From Planctomycetota bacterium (GTDB lineage: Bacteria; Planctomycetota; Phycisphaerae; FEN-1346): DNA of 64,000 nucleotides. This document shows, piece after piece, positions 1 to 11,223 of the stretch. Position numbers and translations under genes: made by a program. Under the pieces are notes generated by a model. That model was not told the DNA's origin. It did not search any database and worked only from the letters and a program-made list of their open reading frames with translations. Position 1 is the stretch's first letter. Every line of letters starts with the position of its first letter. The DNA is taken from positions 94 to 64,093 of the forward strand of contig JAUVZF010000009.1 in NCBI GenBank assembly GCA_030602705.1. The letters run 5' to 3'.

Positions 1-1833
1 CATTCGCTCTTTGGGCGGCAGCGGCTTTCCGTCCACGCAAACGTCCACTCGCCCGCGGCGCACCTCGGTCTGCCACCGGACGGCCTCGGGGAACTCGTCC
101 CGGCAGTGCATCAACTGCGGGACCGGCAGAAAACCCAGGCGAAAGACGTCGTAAAGCCCCCGGGGGGTATACGGGCGATCCACGCACGCCTCAACCGTTG
201 CCAGGACGTGCCGGGCGCCTTGAATCAGAGAGGACGTTCTCTCGCGCACCTCCGGATGGGCCGACATGTCGTCCACCTGCCCCCCGGCCCGGAGGCGCCG
301 GTACGACGCCAACGCCGCTCGCGTGATCCGGATGCTCTCGTTGATGGTCCGGGGCGTGGCCAGGTGGTGTCCCTCACAGTAACTGACGACGTGGATGATG
401 TCGGGGCTGCGTGGGTCGTCCGGTTCGATGTCGTCCATCAGCGCCGTCACGGCCGCCAGTTGCGCCTTCGCCTTCGGCAGTTCATGCGACAGGTAGTCCA
501 GCCCGGCGCGGGTCTGGAGAGTCACCCGGAAGGTCGAGCCTTCGAGTTCGCGGACGAGCGTCAGGGCGGCGCGCGCCTTGGCGAGGTCGTTGACGCCCCA
601 GGTATACTTCGGCTGGTTCAGCATGATGGGCAGTATGAGGTTGCGGATGCCGAGGCGTCTGGCGGTCCTGGCCGCCAGAACCGCCGACACGATACACGTC
701 ACGTCATCGGCCCCCCGGAAGGCGAACTGGTGGGCCACGTTGGGTTCGTACGGTGTCCCCGCCGAGGCGACCAGCCGCAGGGCTTCGACGTGCTCCCGCA
801 GGTTCGTCGGCACCGCGTTCGGGCCCCGCCCGTCGAGCCGCGAGAACCACCACAGCGACAGGGCGTGCCAGGCGTTGTGGAGGGTCCGTTCGTGCATGGC
901 GGCGAGTTCGGGCACGTTTCGTGTACCCGCGTACGTCCTGACGAGCATGGGCCTGGCGGCCTGCCCTATGCGCTCGTATTCGCGCGGTGAGTTGATCGGT
1001 ACGCCGCCCCCGTTCGGCCTGCCGTCCCACGCCTCGCCGAACCGCTCCTGGGTCAGTTGCGACGTGCCGATGGAGAGGACGTCCAGCAGGCCGGCGCGTG
1101 CAAGTTCCCGGCACCAGGACTCAAAGTGCTTCACGGCCTCTCGCCGATTCGATTGATACGGGCCCGCATGGGCCCGCATCAGCGGCGGGAGACCGTGCCG
1201 GCGGCCGTGCTCCATCCTGTCAACAACCTTCTCCTGCTTCGTGCCAAATGACTTCGAGGTCGCTCTGTCCACGGGCATGACCGAGGCCTCGTCGCCCGCC
1301 GCGATGACGTCTCGGCCGAAACTCGCGAGGGCGGCGTCGTAGGGGTGGACGCCGGCGATGTCGTCCGGGGCCAGCGCGGGGTCAATGCCCATGCGCGTCA
1401 GGGTTTCGCGAGGGCTTTCGTCGCCGCGGAAGACGCCGACCGCATCGCCATAAAGGTGGTGTACGGCGTCACAGGCGGCCGGCAGCCCTGCAAAATAGAC
1501 CGCCTTGATCCGCCCGCCGCACGTCTTCAGGAGCCGGTCGCTCGCCAGTTGCCCCATCAGGCGCCGAAAGACGCGCACCCCGTCTTCGGCGCCAAGGCGG
1601 TAGGAGAAGCAAAGGACACTGATGCGGTTCTCGGAGAGCCACCGGCGAATACGCGATGAGTTCTCCGCTCGGGCCGGCTCCGAGAAGGCCCCGCACAGGG
1701 CCGGCCCGGCGATGACCGTCCGGAACCCGGACGCCCGGAGGAGTTCATCCGCCCGTAACAGGCCAAGCGTGTGGGCGTCGATCCGGGTCCGGGCCAAACC
1801 GATGGTGTCGGCACGGGTTACCGGGTCAGACAT
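1..1833 (-). CDS. B12 (cobalamin)-binding-domain protein with large C-terminal TIM-barrel-like domain; start at 1833, 3' end runs off the window (>=610 aa)
   Basis: Reverse-strand translation from ATG (complement of 1831-1833) is open to position 1. The N-terminus reads MSDPVTRADTIGLARTRIDAHTLGLLRADELLRASGFRTV, which contains a DxHxxG corrinoid-binding motif and a Rossmann-like layout. The start overlaps the stop of the downstream opine dehydrogenase by 8 nt. The six-frame track misses this gene because the ORF is cut by the window edge. Confidence 0.7.
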   Translation of the reverse strand, partial: MSDPVTRADTIGLARTRIDAHTLGLLRADELLRASGFRTVIAGPALCGAFSEPARAENSSRIRRWLSENRISVLCFSYRLGAEDGVRVFRRLMGQLASDRLLKTCGGRIKAVYFAGLPAACDAVHHLYGDAVGVFRGDESPRETLTRMGIDPALAPDDIAGVHPYDAALASFGRDVIAAGDEASVMPVDRATSKSFGTKQEKVVDRMEHGRRHGLPPLMRAHAGPYQSNRREAVKHFESWCRELARAGLLDVLSIGTSQLTQERFGEAWDGRPNGGGVPINSPREYERIGQAARPMLVRTYAGTRNVPELAAMHERTLHNAWHALSLWWFSRLDGRGPNAVPTNLREHVEALRLVASAGTPYEPNVAHQFAFRGADDVTCIVSAVLAARTARRLGIRNLILPIMLNQPKYTWGVNDLAKARAALTLVRELEGSTFRVTLQTRAGLDYLSHELPKAKAQLAAVTALMDDIEPDDPRSPDIIHVVSYCEGHHLATPRTINESIRITRAALASYRRLRAGGQVDDMSAHPEVRERTSSLIQGARHVLATVEACVDRPYTPRGLYDVFRLGFLPVPQLMHCRDEFPEAVRWQTEVRRGRVDVCVDGKPLPPKERM

Positions 1834-2938
1834 GAACGCTCTCCGGGACCCGGTCTTCGCCCCGGATGATGGCTGCGAGTTCCTCCTTGACGCCCCCGGC
1901 CGAGAGGCCGAGTTTGGCAAGCGTTCTCCCCTCCGTCCGGAAGTCTCGCCCGAGCGTCACAGACCCTTCGTCGATGAGATGATCGACGGCCGGCGTCGCG
2001 ATGCCGAGGGCCTTGGCCAACTCCGAAATGGGCACCAGGCCCATGGGAATGTCTTCCCAGAGGTACCGGTGGTCGAGGGTGGTTGGGGCCTCGATGTCCT
2101 GGTAGCCGGGATTCGTGCGGAGCATCGTGTACACGTCGGACGGCTCAAGGCCGTACCTGGAATGGAGCCATTGCGCGACGGACAGAGGCCGGGCGTCCAG
2201 GGCCTTGGCGAGCGACTGGAATTCACCGTCCACTCGGGCAAGGAACCGCGCCGCTTGTCTGGTGATTCCGGCAGTGTAAAAGTCGAACGCTTCCTTCGCA
2301 CGAATTCTCTGTTTATTGAACAGGGCAATGGTCGGATGGAAAATCGCTCCGATGTTGCCGAGGCTGGTCTCCAGAAACGACGGCGCGGCGACGAACTGCG
2401 GGTACACGCCGCCGAGGCGACGGAGGAGATACGGGGTGGCCTCGGCGCGGACCGCCGAAACCGACACCTCCCTCTTGACCGCCTTGATGACGGCGGTTCC
2501 CGCGACGGGAACCCTGCACACGTAAACGAGCGTGTTGGCCTCTCCGACGATTGGCTCGACCGCGCAGCCGGACTGCCGGAGGACACGGGAAAACTCCAGC
2601 GCGCCGAAGGTCCGGCCGGGGTTCAGAAGAATGACCTGGCCGTCCCGCAGGTGGGGAGCCATCCGTCCCGCCACCGGCCGGTGCCCCGTGGCGGTCGTGA
2701 CGATCATGATGACGTCTCGGTCGGCCAGTGCCTTCGGCAGGTCGGTGCCGATGTAGGAGATCCTTCCGACGCCCCGGATTTTGCCCTGAAGTTCGATGAA
2801 CCCCCGATCCTTAAACGGCGCGATTCGGGCGGCGGACCGGTTCCAAAGGGCCACGTCATAACCGGCCGATGCAAGGTGTCCGGCCATGGCCTGGCCGCCG
2901 CATCCGGCTCCGATCACCGCGAATGTTGGCTTCCTCAT
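1826..2938 (-). CDS. opine (octopine/nopaline) dehydrogenase-family NAD(P)-dependent oxidoreductase
   Basis: ORF 1826..3091(-). The N-terminal Rossmann motif MRKPTFAVIGAGCGGQAMAGHLASAGYDVALWNR sets the likely start at 2938. Similarity to the opine DH / ketopantoate-reductase-like family is by recall only. Confidence 0.75.
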   Translation of the reverse strand: MRKPTFAVIGAGCGGQAMAGHLASAGYDVALWNRSAARIAPFKDRGFIELQGKIRGVGRISYIGTDLPKALADRDVIMIVTTATGHRPVAGRMAPHLRDGQVILLNPGRTFGALEFSRVLRQSGCAVEPIVGEANTLVYVCRVPVAGTAVIKAVKREVSVSAVRAEATPYLLRRLGGVYPQFVAAPSFLETSLGNIGAIFHPTIALFNKQRIRAKEAFDFYTAGITRQAARFLARVDGEFQSLAKALDARPLSVAQWLHSRYGLEPSDVYTMLRTNPGYQDIEAPTTLDHRYLWEDIPMGLVPISELAKALGIATPAVDHLIDEGSVTLGRDFRTEGRTLAKLGLSAGGVKEELAAIIRGEDRVPESVHV

Positions 2939-3319
2939 GGCGGGACTCTCCTCATACGGCTCCTTTGGTGTTTGAGACAGGCTCCGTTGAGCCGGCATGT
3001 GGCTCAGGCGTGGCCGTCCATCCCCCGGCCGCAAAGGCGTGGGTACACACCTCTTACCAGATTCCGCCACACAAAGCAAGCCTTTTCGCAACCACTCCTG
3101 GGAGTCTGTCGGAAAACCTCGCGCCGAAACCGGTAAGTCCTTTCAGCACAAAGGCTTATGAATTCTCGGGGCCGGCTCTCCGACAGACTCCTGGGAAGCG
3201 CCCCAGACATCGTACCCCCCTGGTACGGATTCTGGCGGCGGCACCCTGGCAGGGCGAGCCCCTGGCCCGTACGGGCCGTGGCACATGAGGTGTGACTCTT
3301 TTCACGGGCGGGCGGCAGG

Positions 3320-3396
3320 GCAAAAAGGTTCCAGGAACCTTTTCCCCGAAGGGCCCGCAGGGTGCTACGCAGAAAAGGTTCCTGGAACCTTTTTGC
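3320..3396. repeat. 77-bp palindromic MITE-like element, copy 1 (GCAAAAAGGTTCCAGGAACCTTTT ... AAAAGGTTCCTGGAACCTTTTTGC flanking a 29-bp core)
   Basis: Perfect 24-bp inverted termini. The same 77-bp element recurs at 28103..28179 with the core inverted. A GGCCCGTACGGGCC hairpin lies just upstream at ~3266. Confidence 0.85.
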
Positions 3397-3499
3397 AGGG
3401 TGGCACATGGCACGGGTCTGAAAACGCTACACCGCCGGCCGTCGAGATGGTACGCTTGTGTCGGCGAGCGGCGGTTGCACGCGAGGCGCAAGATAGACC

Positions 3500-6400
3500 A
3501 TGCGTGGAGCAGGATCATCCCGTGGTTTTCTCAGCACCGCCCTCGTACTACAACGAAACTTGAGTCTTTGTGCCCGCCTGGCGGCGTGCCCAGGCCGCCA
3601 GGAACGTGTCCCAGGGCCTTTCGCGGCGGCATGGTCCAGTACGGAGGCGTATGCCGAAGGCCGCCGCGCGGGAGGCCTCGTTGTAGTGCTGGTCCTCGCT
3701 GTCCTGACGGTGGGTGTCGTGGCGGCCGAGACGGCGGCCCGAAAGCCCGGCGGCGGGCCGGCGCCGCGCGGCCTGTTTCACCCGAAGGACGCCAGGGTCT
3801 GGGACAAGTCGGGCCACAAGTTCGTCTGGCGCGACGCGTGCGGAAACAGTATGGATGACCACCGGTTGGCCGGCGGCTTCGAGTGGGAAGGCGACTCGCG
3901 CGACTTCATCGCCCTGGGCGAAGGACGGGTGCGGAACGAACGCCGCAACGGCCTCTTCATGCTCTCCTTCCCCGACGGAAACGTGCTCAGCGCCTCGTGG
4001 CCGGTTGAGTTCCCGAAGGGGCACGTCTGGCGGCTGCAGTACGCCCTCACCAACGAGGCGGCCGCGAAGACCGCCAACGGCCTCAAGTTCACCGTCGTGG
4101 CCACCGATGCCGCCGGCGACCCGCATACGCTGGTCGAGCGGGTCTTGCGGCCGCGCGACGACCGCGTCTACGACGAGCAGATCCGATTCGACTTCGACGT
4201 GCGCAAGATCACGTTCGTCCACGACAACCTCGGCAGCGAGATGTGGGACGTATTGTGGATTCTTCCCGACGGCCTCGTGATTCCCCGGGTGAGGGTGCCG
4301 GCCGGGACCGAGGCGAGTTTCACAGCCCTGCGGCGGGCCATCGAGGATTTGTGCCGCACCTTCCCCCGCGACTACCCGCGCGGCCCGGAGTTCCTGGGTC
4401 GACTGGACCAGTTCCAGAAGAGCCTTGCCGAGATAACGAAGCCCGAGGACCTGGCGAACCTGACCCGCGATTTTCTGGCGCTGCGCCGCGAGGCGCTGAT
4501 CGCGAACCCCCTCGTCAGCGGCCAGCCCATCCTCTACGTCGTCCGGCCACAGTACCGCAGCCACTATCACGCCATCGACACACTGTTTCACACGGGGGAG
4601 TTCAACGTCGACAGAAACGAGCCGCACACCAACCTGTTCCAGGGCGGCGGCGCGATGAAGACGATCGACCTCGCGCGCGGCGGCGAGGTGAAGGTCCTGG
4701 TCGACGTGCCCGCGGGCGTTGCCCGCGACCCGGAGGTGCACTTCGACGGGCAGAAAATTATCTTTGCGCTCCGCCGCAACGTGCGCGAAGACTACCACAT
4801 CTGGGAGGTGAATGCCGATGGTTCGGGCATGAAGCAACTCACGTTTGCGGCGGGCGTCTCCGACTTCGACCCCATCTACCTGCCCGACGACACGATTGTC
4901 TTCTCATCGACGCGCGAGCCGAAGTTCAATCAGTGCTCGCGCGACCACGCGGCCAACCTCTTCCGCATGGAGGCCGACGGGGCCAACATTCACCAGATCG
5001 AACGCAACAACCTGTTCGATAACCAGCCGTCGCTGATGCCCGACGGCCGCATTTTCTACGCCCGTTGGGAATATGTCGACCGCAACTTCGGCGACGCTCA
5101 CAGCCTGTGGACCGTCGGCCCGGACGGGACGAACCAGGCCGTCTTCTGGGGCAACAACACGGCCTCGCCGGGCGCGGTCTACACGGCGCGCATCCTCCCC
5201 GGCACGAACCGGGCCATCTGCATCTTCGGCCCGCACCACGACCACCTGTGGGGGGCGATGGCGATTATCGACCCGAGCCTGGGCCTCGACGGTCGCGAGC
5301 CGGTCGTCCGCATCTGGCCGCCGGAGGCCATCAACCTCATCCGCACGGGCGGCCCGTTCGACTGCGACACGTTCTCAAGGGTGCGCCTCAAGTACGCCGA
5401 CCCGTACCCGCTCAGTGACCCCGCGACGGGCCGGGGGGCAGGTAAGTACTTCCTTTGCTCTCGCAGGACCGGCCGCGGCGACCAGATGGGAATTTACCTG
5501 GTTGACGTCTTCGGCAACGAACTGCTGCTGCACGCCGAGGGGCCGGGCTGCTACGACCCGATGCCGGTCGGACCGCGGCCGCGCCCGCCGGTTGTCCCCC
5601 CGCGGCGTGACTTTTCCGGCGCCCCGGGCCTGCTTTACGTCATGGACGTGTATCAGGGGACGCACATGCGCGGGGTCGAGCGCGGAACGGTGAAGCGGCT
5701 GCGCGTCGTCGAGTCGCCCGAGAAACGGCTCTGGTCGGCCGGCAGTTGGAACGGCCAGGGCTACACCGCGCCGGGGATGAACTGGCACAGCCTCGAGAAC
5801 AAGCGCATCCTCGGCTCTGTGCCGGTCGAGGAGGACGGGTCCGCGTACTTCGCCGTCCCGTCCGACCGGTTCGTCTACTTCCAGTTGCTCGACTCCAACG
5901 GGATGATGATCCAGTCGATGCGAAGCGGCACGATGGTGCAATCGGGCGAGCGGACCGGATGCGTCGGGTGCCACGAGGATCGCCTCACGGCCCCGCCGAA
6001 CCACCGGAGCCTGGCCGTGTCGCGACCCCCGCGAAAACTGGAGCCCTGGCACGGCCCGCCGCGCCTGTTCAGTTACATGGCCGAGGTCCAGCCGGTCTTC
6101 AACCGGCACTGCCTGGGGTGCCACGACTACGGCAAGAAGGGCGCGAAGAAACTCGTCCTCGCGCCCGACCGCGACCTGACGTTCAACGCCGCCTACAACG
6201 AACTCTGGCGCAAAGGCTACACGGGCGCCGTGGGCGGCGGACCAGCCGAGATCCGGCAAGCACGCTCCTGGGGCTCGCACGCCAGCAAACTGGTGCAGGT
6301 CCTTCGCAAGGGGCACAACGACGTCAAACTCAGCCCGGAGGAGTTCGACCGCATCGTCACCTGGGTGGACCTGAACGCGCCGTACTACGCCCACTACGCG

Positions 6401-6817
6401 TGCGCTTACCCGGACTCGCTCACCGGCCGCTGCCCGCTCGACGGCGGGCAACTCCGGCGCCTGACCCAACTGACGGGCGTGCCTTTCGGCCGCCTGAAGG
6501 GGCATGGCAGCAATCGCGGGCCGCAGGTTAGTTTCGACCGGCCCGAACTCAGCCCCGCTCTGGCGAAGTTCAACGACAAGGGCGACCCGAGGTATGCCGA
6601 AGCCCTCGCCATCATCGGCGCGGGACAGGAGATGCTCCGGAAACGCCCCCGGGCCGACATGCCCGGCTTCGTTCCGTGCGAGACCCACCGGCGCCGCCAG
6701 GCCAAGTATGACGCACGCCGCCGCATCGAAGCCGCTAACCGCCAGGCCATCCGCGAAGGAACCAAACGCTACGACGACCGGCCGACGCCGGGAACCGGCA
6801 AGGCCGGCGGCGAGTAG
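3500..6817 (+). CDS. secreted beta-propeller (PD40/TolB-like) + di-haem c-type cytochrome protein, HzsA-like architecture, paralog 1 (start uncertain: ATG 3500 or GTG ~3686)
   Basis: Long ORF with a hydrophobic stretch LVVVLVLAVLTVGVVAAETAA. PD40-like repeats include DFDPIYLPDDTIVFSS, MPDGRIFYARWEYVDRNFGDAHSLWTVGPDGTN. Two CxxCH motifs (GCVGCHED, HCLGCHDY) lie in the C-terminal third. Paralogous to 31333..33717 and 49714..52281. Confidence 0.85.
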   Translation: MRGAGSSRGFLSTALVLQRNLSLCARLAACPGRQERVPGPFAAAWSSTEAYAEGRRAGGLVVVLVLAVLTVGVVAAETAARKPGGGPAPRGLFHPKDARVWDKSGHKFVWRDACGNSMDDHRLAGGFEWEGDSRDFIALGEGRVRNERRNGLFMLSFPDGNVLSASWPVEFPKGHVWRLQYALTNEAAAKTANGLKFTVVATDAAGDPHTLVERVLRPRDDRVYDEQIRFDFDVRKITFVHDNLGSEMWDVLWILPDGLVIPRVRVPAGTEASFTALRRAIEDLCRTFPRDYPRGPEFLGRLDQFQKSLAEITKPEDLANLTRDFLALRREALIANPLVSGQPILYVVRPQYRSHYHAIDTLFHTGEFNVDRNEPHTNLFQGGGAMKTIDLARGGEVKVLVDVPAGVARDPEVHFDGQKIIFALRRNVREDYHIWEVNADGSGMKQLTFAAGVSDFDPIYLPDDTIVFSSTREPKFNQCSRDHAANLFRMEADGANIHQIERNNLFDNQPSLMPDGRIFYARWEYVDRNFGDAHSLWTVGPDGTNQAVFWGNNTASPGAVYTARILPGTNRAICIFGPHHDHLWGAMAIIDPSLGLDGREPVVRIWPPEAINLIRTGGPFDCDTFSRVRLKYADPYPLSDPATGRGAGKYFLCSRRTGRGDQMGIYLVDVFGNELLLHAEGPGCYDPMPVGPRPRPPVVPPRRDFSGAPGLLYVMDVYQGTHMRGVERGTVKRLRVVESPEKRLWSAGSWNGQGYTAPGMNWHSLENKRILGSVPVEEDGSAYFAVPSDRFVYFQLLDSNGMMIQSMRSGTMVQSGERTGCVGCHEDRLTAPPNHRSLAVSRPPRKLEPWHGPPRLFSYMAEVQPVFNRHCLGCHDYGKKGAKKLVLAPDRDLTFNAAYNELWRKGYTGAVGGGPAEIRQARSWGSHASKLVQVLRKGHNDVKLSPEEFDRIVTWVDLNAPYYAHYACAYPDSLTGRCPLDGGQLRRLTQLTGVPFGRLKGHGSNRGPQVSFDRPELSPALAKFNDKGDPRYAEALAIIGAGQEMLRKRPRADMPGFVPCETHRRRQAKYDARRRIEAANRQAIREGTKRYDDRPTPGTGKAGGE

Positions 6818-7025
6818 TCGCCGGCGAACGGCGGGGGACGGGCATCCTCTGGCAGCGGCCACGGGCGTGGACCATGGCGAGGCGCAGGCATCTGGCGGGC
6901 GCGGTGGCGGCGTTTCTTGTACCGTTATGGGGCCGCTGAAAACCACACAAAGTGAACGTTATTTCACGATAGTGCCGTTTTCTGCGGGTTTGGGGGGGAG
7001 AAAAAAAGATATCCGCCCGTGCGAT

Positions 7026-7053
7026 TTGACTTTTCCGGGATTTGTGCTATAGT
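7026..7053 (+). promoter_or_regulatory. sigma70-like promoter (TTGACT-16 nt-TATAGT) upstream of PEP-CTERM gene
   Basis: The hexamers and spacer were read directly from gcgatTTGACTtttccgggatttgtgcTATAGTatcacg. Confidence 0.5.
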
Positions 7054-7057
7054 ATCA

Positions 7058-7285
7058 CGTTGGTGCGGAGCAAGGGGCAAGCGGTTTGGGGGGACCGAAC
7101 CGGATGCCCTTTATCCATGTCGCCCAGCAAGGATAGGAGGAGCATAGCACGGGCCCCGTTGTGGGGATACGAGTGGGCCCAGGACCGTTGGCCTTTAGAG
7201 GGAGGCCGGCGGAGCGAAACTGAATAGTTAAGCCGGATTCTTGTGGCGATTTCTGGAGGGAAAGCCTTCGGAGATCGTCTTTTTT
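7058..7285 (+). promoter_or_regulatory. ~225-nt transcribed leader ending in a hairpin (cgatttc...gagatcg) + T-tract; candidate attenuator/riboswitch-like element
   Basis: AT-richer, structured-looking sequence lies between the promoter and ATG 7329. The terminator-like element TCTTTTTT sits at 7278-7285. Confidence 0.3.
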
Positions 7286-7328
7286 GTTGAACGAGCCAGT
7301 CGTTCGGAAAAGGGAAGAGAGGGCGATT

Positions 7329-7967
7329 ATGATGCGTCATGGCAGATGGTTATCAGTCTGTGCCTTCGCACTTGTCATGTTTTATCTTGTCGGACCGGTC
7401 CGGGCGGGCCCGATCGCGAACGGGGTCGGGGCCTTGACCGGATTCTTCGGCACGAGATCCTATACGTTTACCGCAGGGAGCGACACGTTGACCGCCGACG
7501 TCGATTACGCCGTCTACGCGCCGACCGCTTACCCGGGCGACGACCCGTCGACAGGGGCACACTACGTCTATGTCTATCAGATTTTCAACGCTGCGGCGAG
7601 CACGGTGGACGTGGCGTTCTTCAGCGTCGGCCTCGAAGAGGGGAGCGGCGCGGCCAATGCGGGGGACGACACCTCCGCGGGCGCGCCGGGGACCGCGGGC
7701 GGCCAGTCTCCGAGTCTTGAGATGGTCAGCGCAACCAGCGTGTACTGGCTCTTCGACCCGCAGATTGCCCCGGACGCGTTGTCCACGACACTGCTCTTCA
7801 CCAGTCCGTACACTCCGACGTGGAAGAGCGGCGCCATGGCCGACGGCGGTCTTCCGACGCCGGGGAGCGGCCTTCTGCCCTCCCCAACGCCGGAGCCCGC
7901 GACGTTGGGCCTGATGGGCGTGGGCTTGGCGTTTGCCGTTTACGCTCGTGGTCGTCGGCGGCGCTAG
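7329..7967 (+). CDS. PEP-CTERM sorting-signal protein 1 (exosortase substrate)
   Basis: N-terminal signal peptide MMRHGRWLSVCAFALVMFYLVGPVRA. C-terminus PEPATLGLMGVGLAFAVYARGRRRR, i.e. PEP motif + TM helix + Arg cluster. Confidence 0.85.
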   Translation: MMRHGRWLSVCAFALVMFYLVGPVRAGPIANGVGALTGFFGTRSYTFTAGSDTLTADVDYAVYAPTAYPGDDPSTGAHYVYVYQIFNAAASTVDVAFFSVGLEEGSGAANAGDDTSAGAPGTAGGQSPSLEMVSATSVYWLFDPQIAPDALSTTLLFTSPYTPTWKSGAMADGGLPTPGSGLLPSPTPEPATLGLMGVGLAFAVYARGRRRR

Positions 7968-8194
7968 CGCCGCTTTTGGCGCCGGGCGCGCCGAAGCGCC
8001 CGGTGGATAGGCAATCGGGGTTTCCCGGGCGATTCGCGGTTTCGTAAGACTTCTCCGACACCGTCGCGCAGAGTTGATTGCTGTGTCCTGATTGAAGGCG
8101 AGAGCGGGACCGGCAAGCGGCTCGTGGCGCGGCGTTTGCATTTTGCCGCTGCCCGGTTGCGCGGGCGTGGCAAGTTTTTCTGGCGAGCGCAGGC

Positions 8195-8279
8195 GGTTGT
8201 AGCGCCGGGCTTTATGCCCGGCGGCCGTTGGCGGCGGCGCCAGCCAGGATGCGCCGGGGATAAACCCCGGCGCTACGGC
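8195..8279. repeat. GGTTGTAGCGCC...GCCGGGGATAAACCCCGGCGCTACGGC MITE-like element, divergent copy A (flanked by 15-bp direct repeat GCCCGGTTGCGCGGG at 8146 and 8322)
   Basis: Shares its termini and the GGGGATAAACCCC core with the copies at 9935..10044 and 41820..41929. Confidence 0.7.
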
Positions 8280-8352
8280 CAAGCCGCAGGAAATCGTCCC
8301 ATGCCGGAAATCGTTGCCGGCGCCCGGTTGCGCGGGCCCTCCGGAAACTCTC

Positions 8353-9765
<1,413 letters not shown>

Positions 9766-9934
9766 CGCTAACCCCCCGGCCGGTGCCGGTTGACCCGCGC
9801 CCAGTGTACCGGCGGGCGCCGGGCGTTTCAATGGCCGCCACGTCGTTGCCAGGTTGAAACAGCAGCACCGCGGCCAGCGTCCGTGATACTTGGCCCCCGG
9901 TGAAGATACCGGGGGCAGTGTTGCGCGCTCCTGA

Positions 9935-10044
9935 GGTTGTAGCGCCCGTACGGGCGCCCGCCCGTCAGGCCGACGGCGGTTCCGCGCCGGGGATAAACCC
10001 CGGCGCTACGGCTGTTCGGAAAGACTTCCTCGCTCCTGCCTAGT
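9935..10044. repeat. 110-bp GGGGATAAACCCC MITE-like element, copy B
   Basis: Near-identical to the inverted copy C at 41820..41929. It has terminal inverted GTAGCGCC/GGCGCTAC and an internal GCGCCCGTACGGGCGC palindrome. Confidence 0.8.
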
Positions 10045-11122
10045 TGGCGTGGCCTGGCGGCTCGCTGGCGTGACGGATGACGCCGACGGAGCGCGGCACG
10101 AGAAGGTCGAACTCGCGCTGCCAGGAGACGGCGACGGCGGCGCCGTCGGCATCGGCCGCCTCTTGAGGCACGGCCGTCTCGCCCGTCTCGCCCGGCTCGA
10201 TGCGCGTGTCGATGTCGTGACAGACGTCGCCCGCGCGGACGCCCTCCACGATTACCTGGACGGCCGAGCCGTTCCGGACGCGGACCGTATCCTTGTCGGT
10301 CCGCACCTCCAGGGCGCCCTCCAGGAACTTGGCCGTCGCGCCCAGCGGCACCGTCTCGTGGAACCGGTGGCGCACGTTGACGAGCAGGATGAACCGGGCG
10401 CTGTACTCGCCCAGGTAGCCGTGATACTCCAGGATGCGTTTGCTCTCGTCGGCGGGGTTGACGACCTCCAGGATGACCGGCCGGCCGATGTACTGCTCGA
10501 TCATCGGCTCGTAGGCGTTGGCGGTCTCGCCGACGAGCATCGTGCCGACGGTGCCGACCTGCCCGCCCTGGGCCTTCAGAACCGGGCTCGGCGACGTCTT
10601 GGCCGCCTGCTGGAGACTCATGCCCATCGCGCTGACGATGGCGTCGCGGAAGGTGTTGACGATGTTGCGTGCCCACCGCGCCACGCGGGTTCCCAGCGGC
10701 GGGTCGGCCATTCGGCGGGTCTGGCGGCGGCGCCGCCGGAGGGCCTTCTCGTCGAGGCGGTCCACGAAACGGTGAATCGAGAGGATGCGGCCGAGTTCGG
10801 CCTCGTAGATGAGAAACGAGTTCTTGGACGGGCGCTCCAGGGGCGACTCGTACACCAGTTCCAGCCCCTTCGAGAAGACCTTCAGAAGCCCCCAGATGCG
10901 GCGGCCTGCCTGCTCCTGGAGCGTGACGGGGTGCCGCCGGAACGTCTTCAGGCACCGGTCCCGCTTCCGCGCCGCGACGAACGCCCCGACCAGCGCCACC
11001 ACGAAGACGACCGTCAGCGCCAGGGCGAACGGGTTATCGAGGACGAAATCGAGGATGCCGCCTCCCTCGCTCCCGCTCTGCGGCGGCGCTGCCTGCTCGG
11101 CCAGGATCGCAAGATGGATCAT
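10040..11122 (-). CDS. hypothetical membrane-anchored protein
   Basis: 360-aa ORF with an N-terminal TM helix LALTVVFVVALVGAFVAA. No recognisable domain. Confidence 0.55.
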   Translation of the reverse strand: MIHLAILAEQAAPPQSGSEGGGILDFVLDNPFALALTVVFVVALVGAFVAARKRDRCLKTFRRHPVTLQEQAGRRIWGLLKVFSKGLELVYESPLERPSKNSFLIYEAELGRILSIHRFVDRLDEKALRRRRRQTRRMADPPLGTRVARWARNIVNTFRDAIVSAMGMSLQQAAKTSPSPVLKAQGGQVGTVGTMLVGETANAYEPMIEQYIGRPVILEVVNPADESKRILEYHGYLGEYSARFILLVNVRHRFHETVPLGATAKFLEGALEVRTDKDTVRVRNGSAVQVIVEGVRAGDVCHDIDTRIEPGETGETAVPQEAADADGAAVAVSWQREFDLLVPRSVGVIRHASEPPGHAN

Positions 11123-11223
11123 GGGTGGCCTCCCAAGCGTCCCCGCGCTTGCGTCCCCGCTCCCGGCGCGCCGGGATTGGGGCTTTGTTCAGTTTCGCGC
11201 TGGCGAGTTTCGCGCGCTTGCGC

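Noticed and set aside
106-990. 294-aa plus-strand ORF at the window start, plus several 60-190-aa ORFs in 400..1800
   Set aside because: They lie antisense or out of frame to a continuous, domain-bearing minus-strand gene (1..1833) and have Arg/Pro-rich low-complexity composition typical of high-GC artefacts.
3548-6946. Long minus-strand ORFs (3548..4837, 5375..6946) opposite the HzsA-like gene
   Set aside because: Antisense to a CDS with clear motifs. No recognisable domains. Arg/Ala/Gly-rich composition.
7058-7285. Leader upstream of PEP-CTERM gene considered as RNase P / SRP / 6S / c-di-GMP riboswitch RNA
   Set aside because: None of the conserved sequence signatures (GGAAAGUCC, GGCAAACC/GACGCAAAGC, SRP domain IV) could be recognised. 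Kept only as a generic candidate leader.
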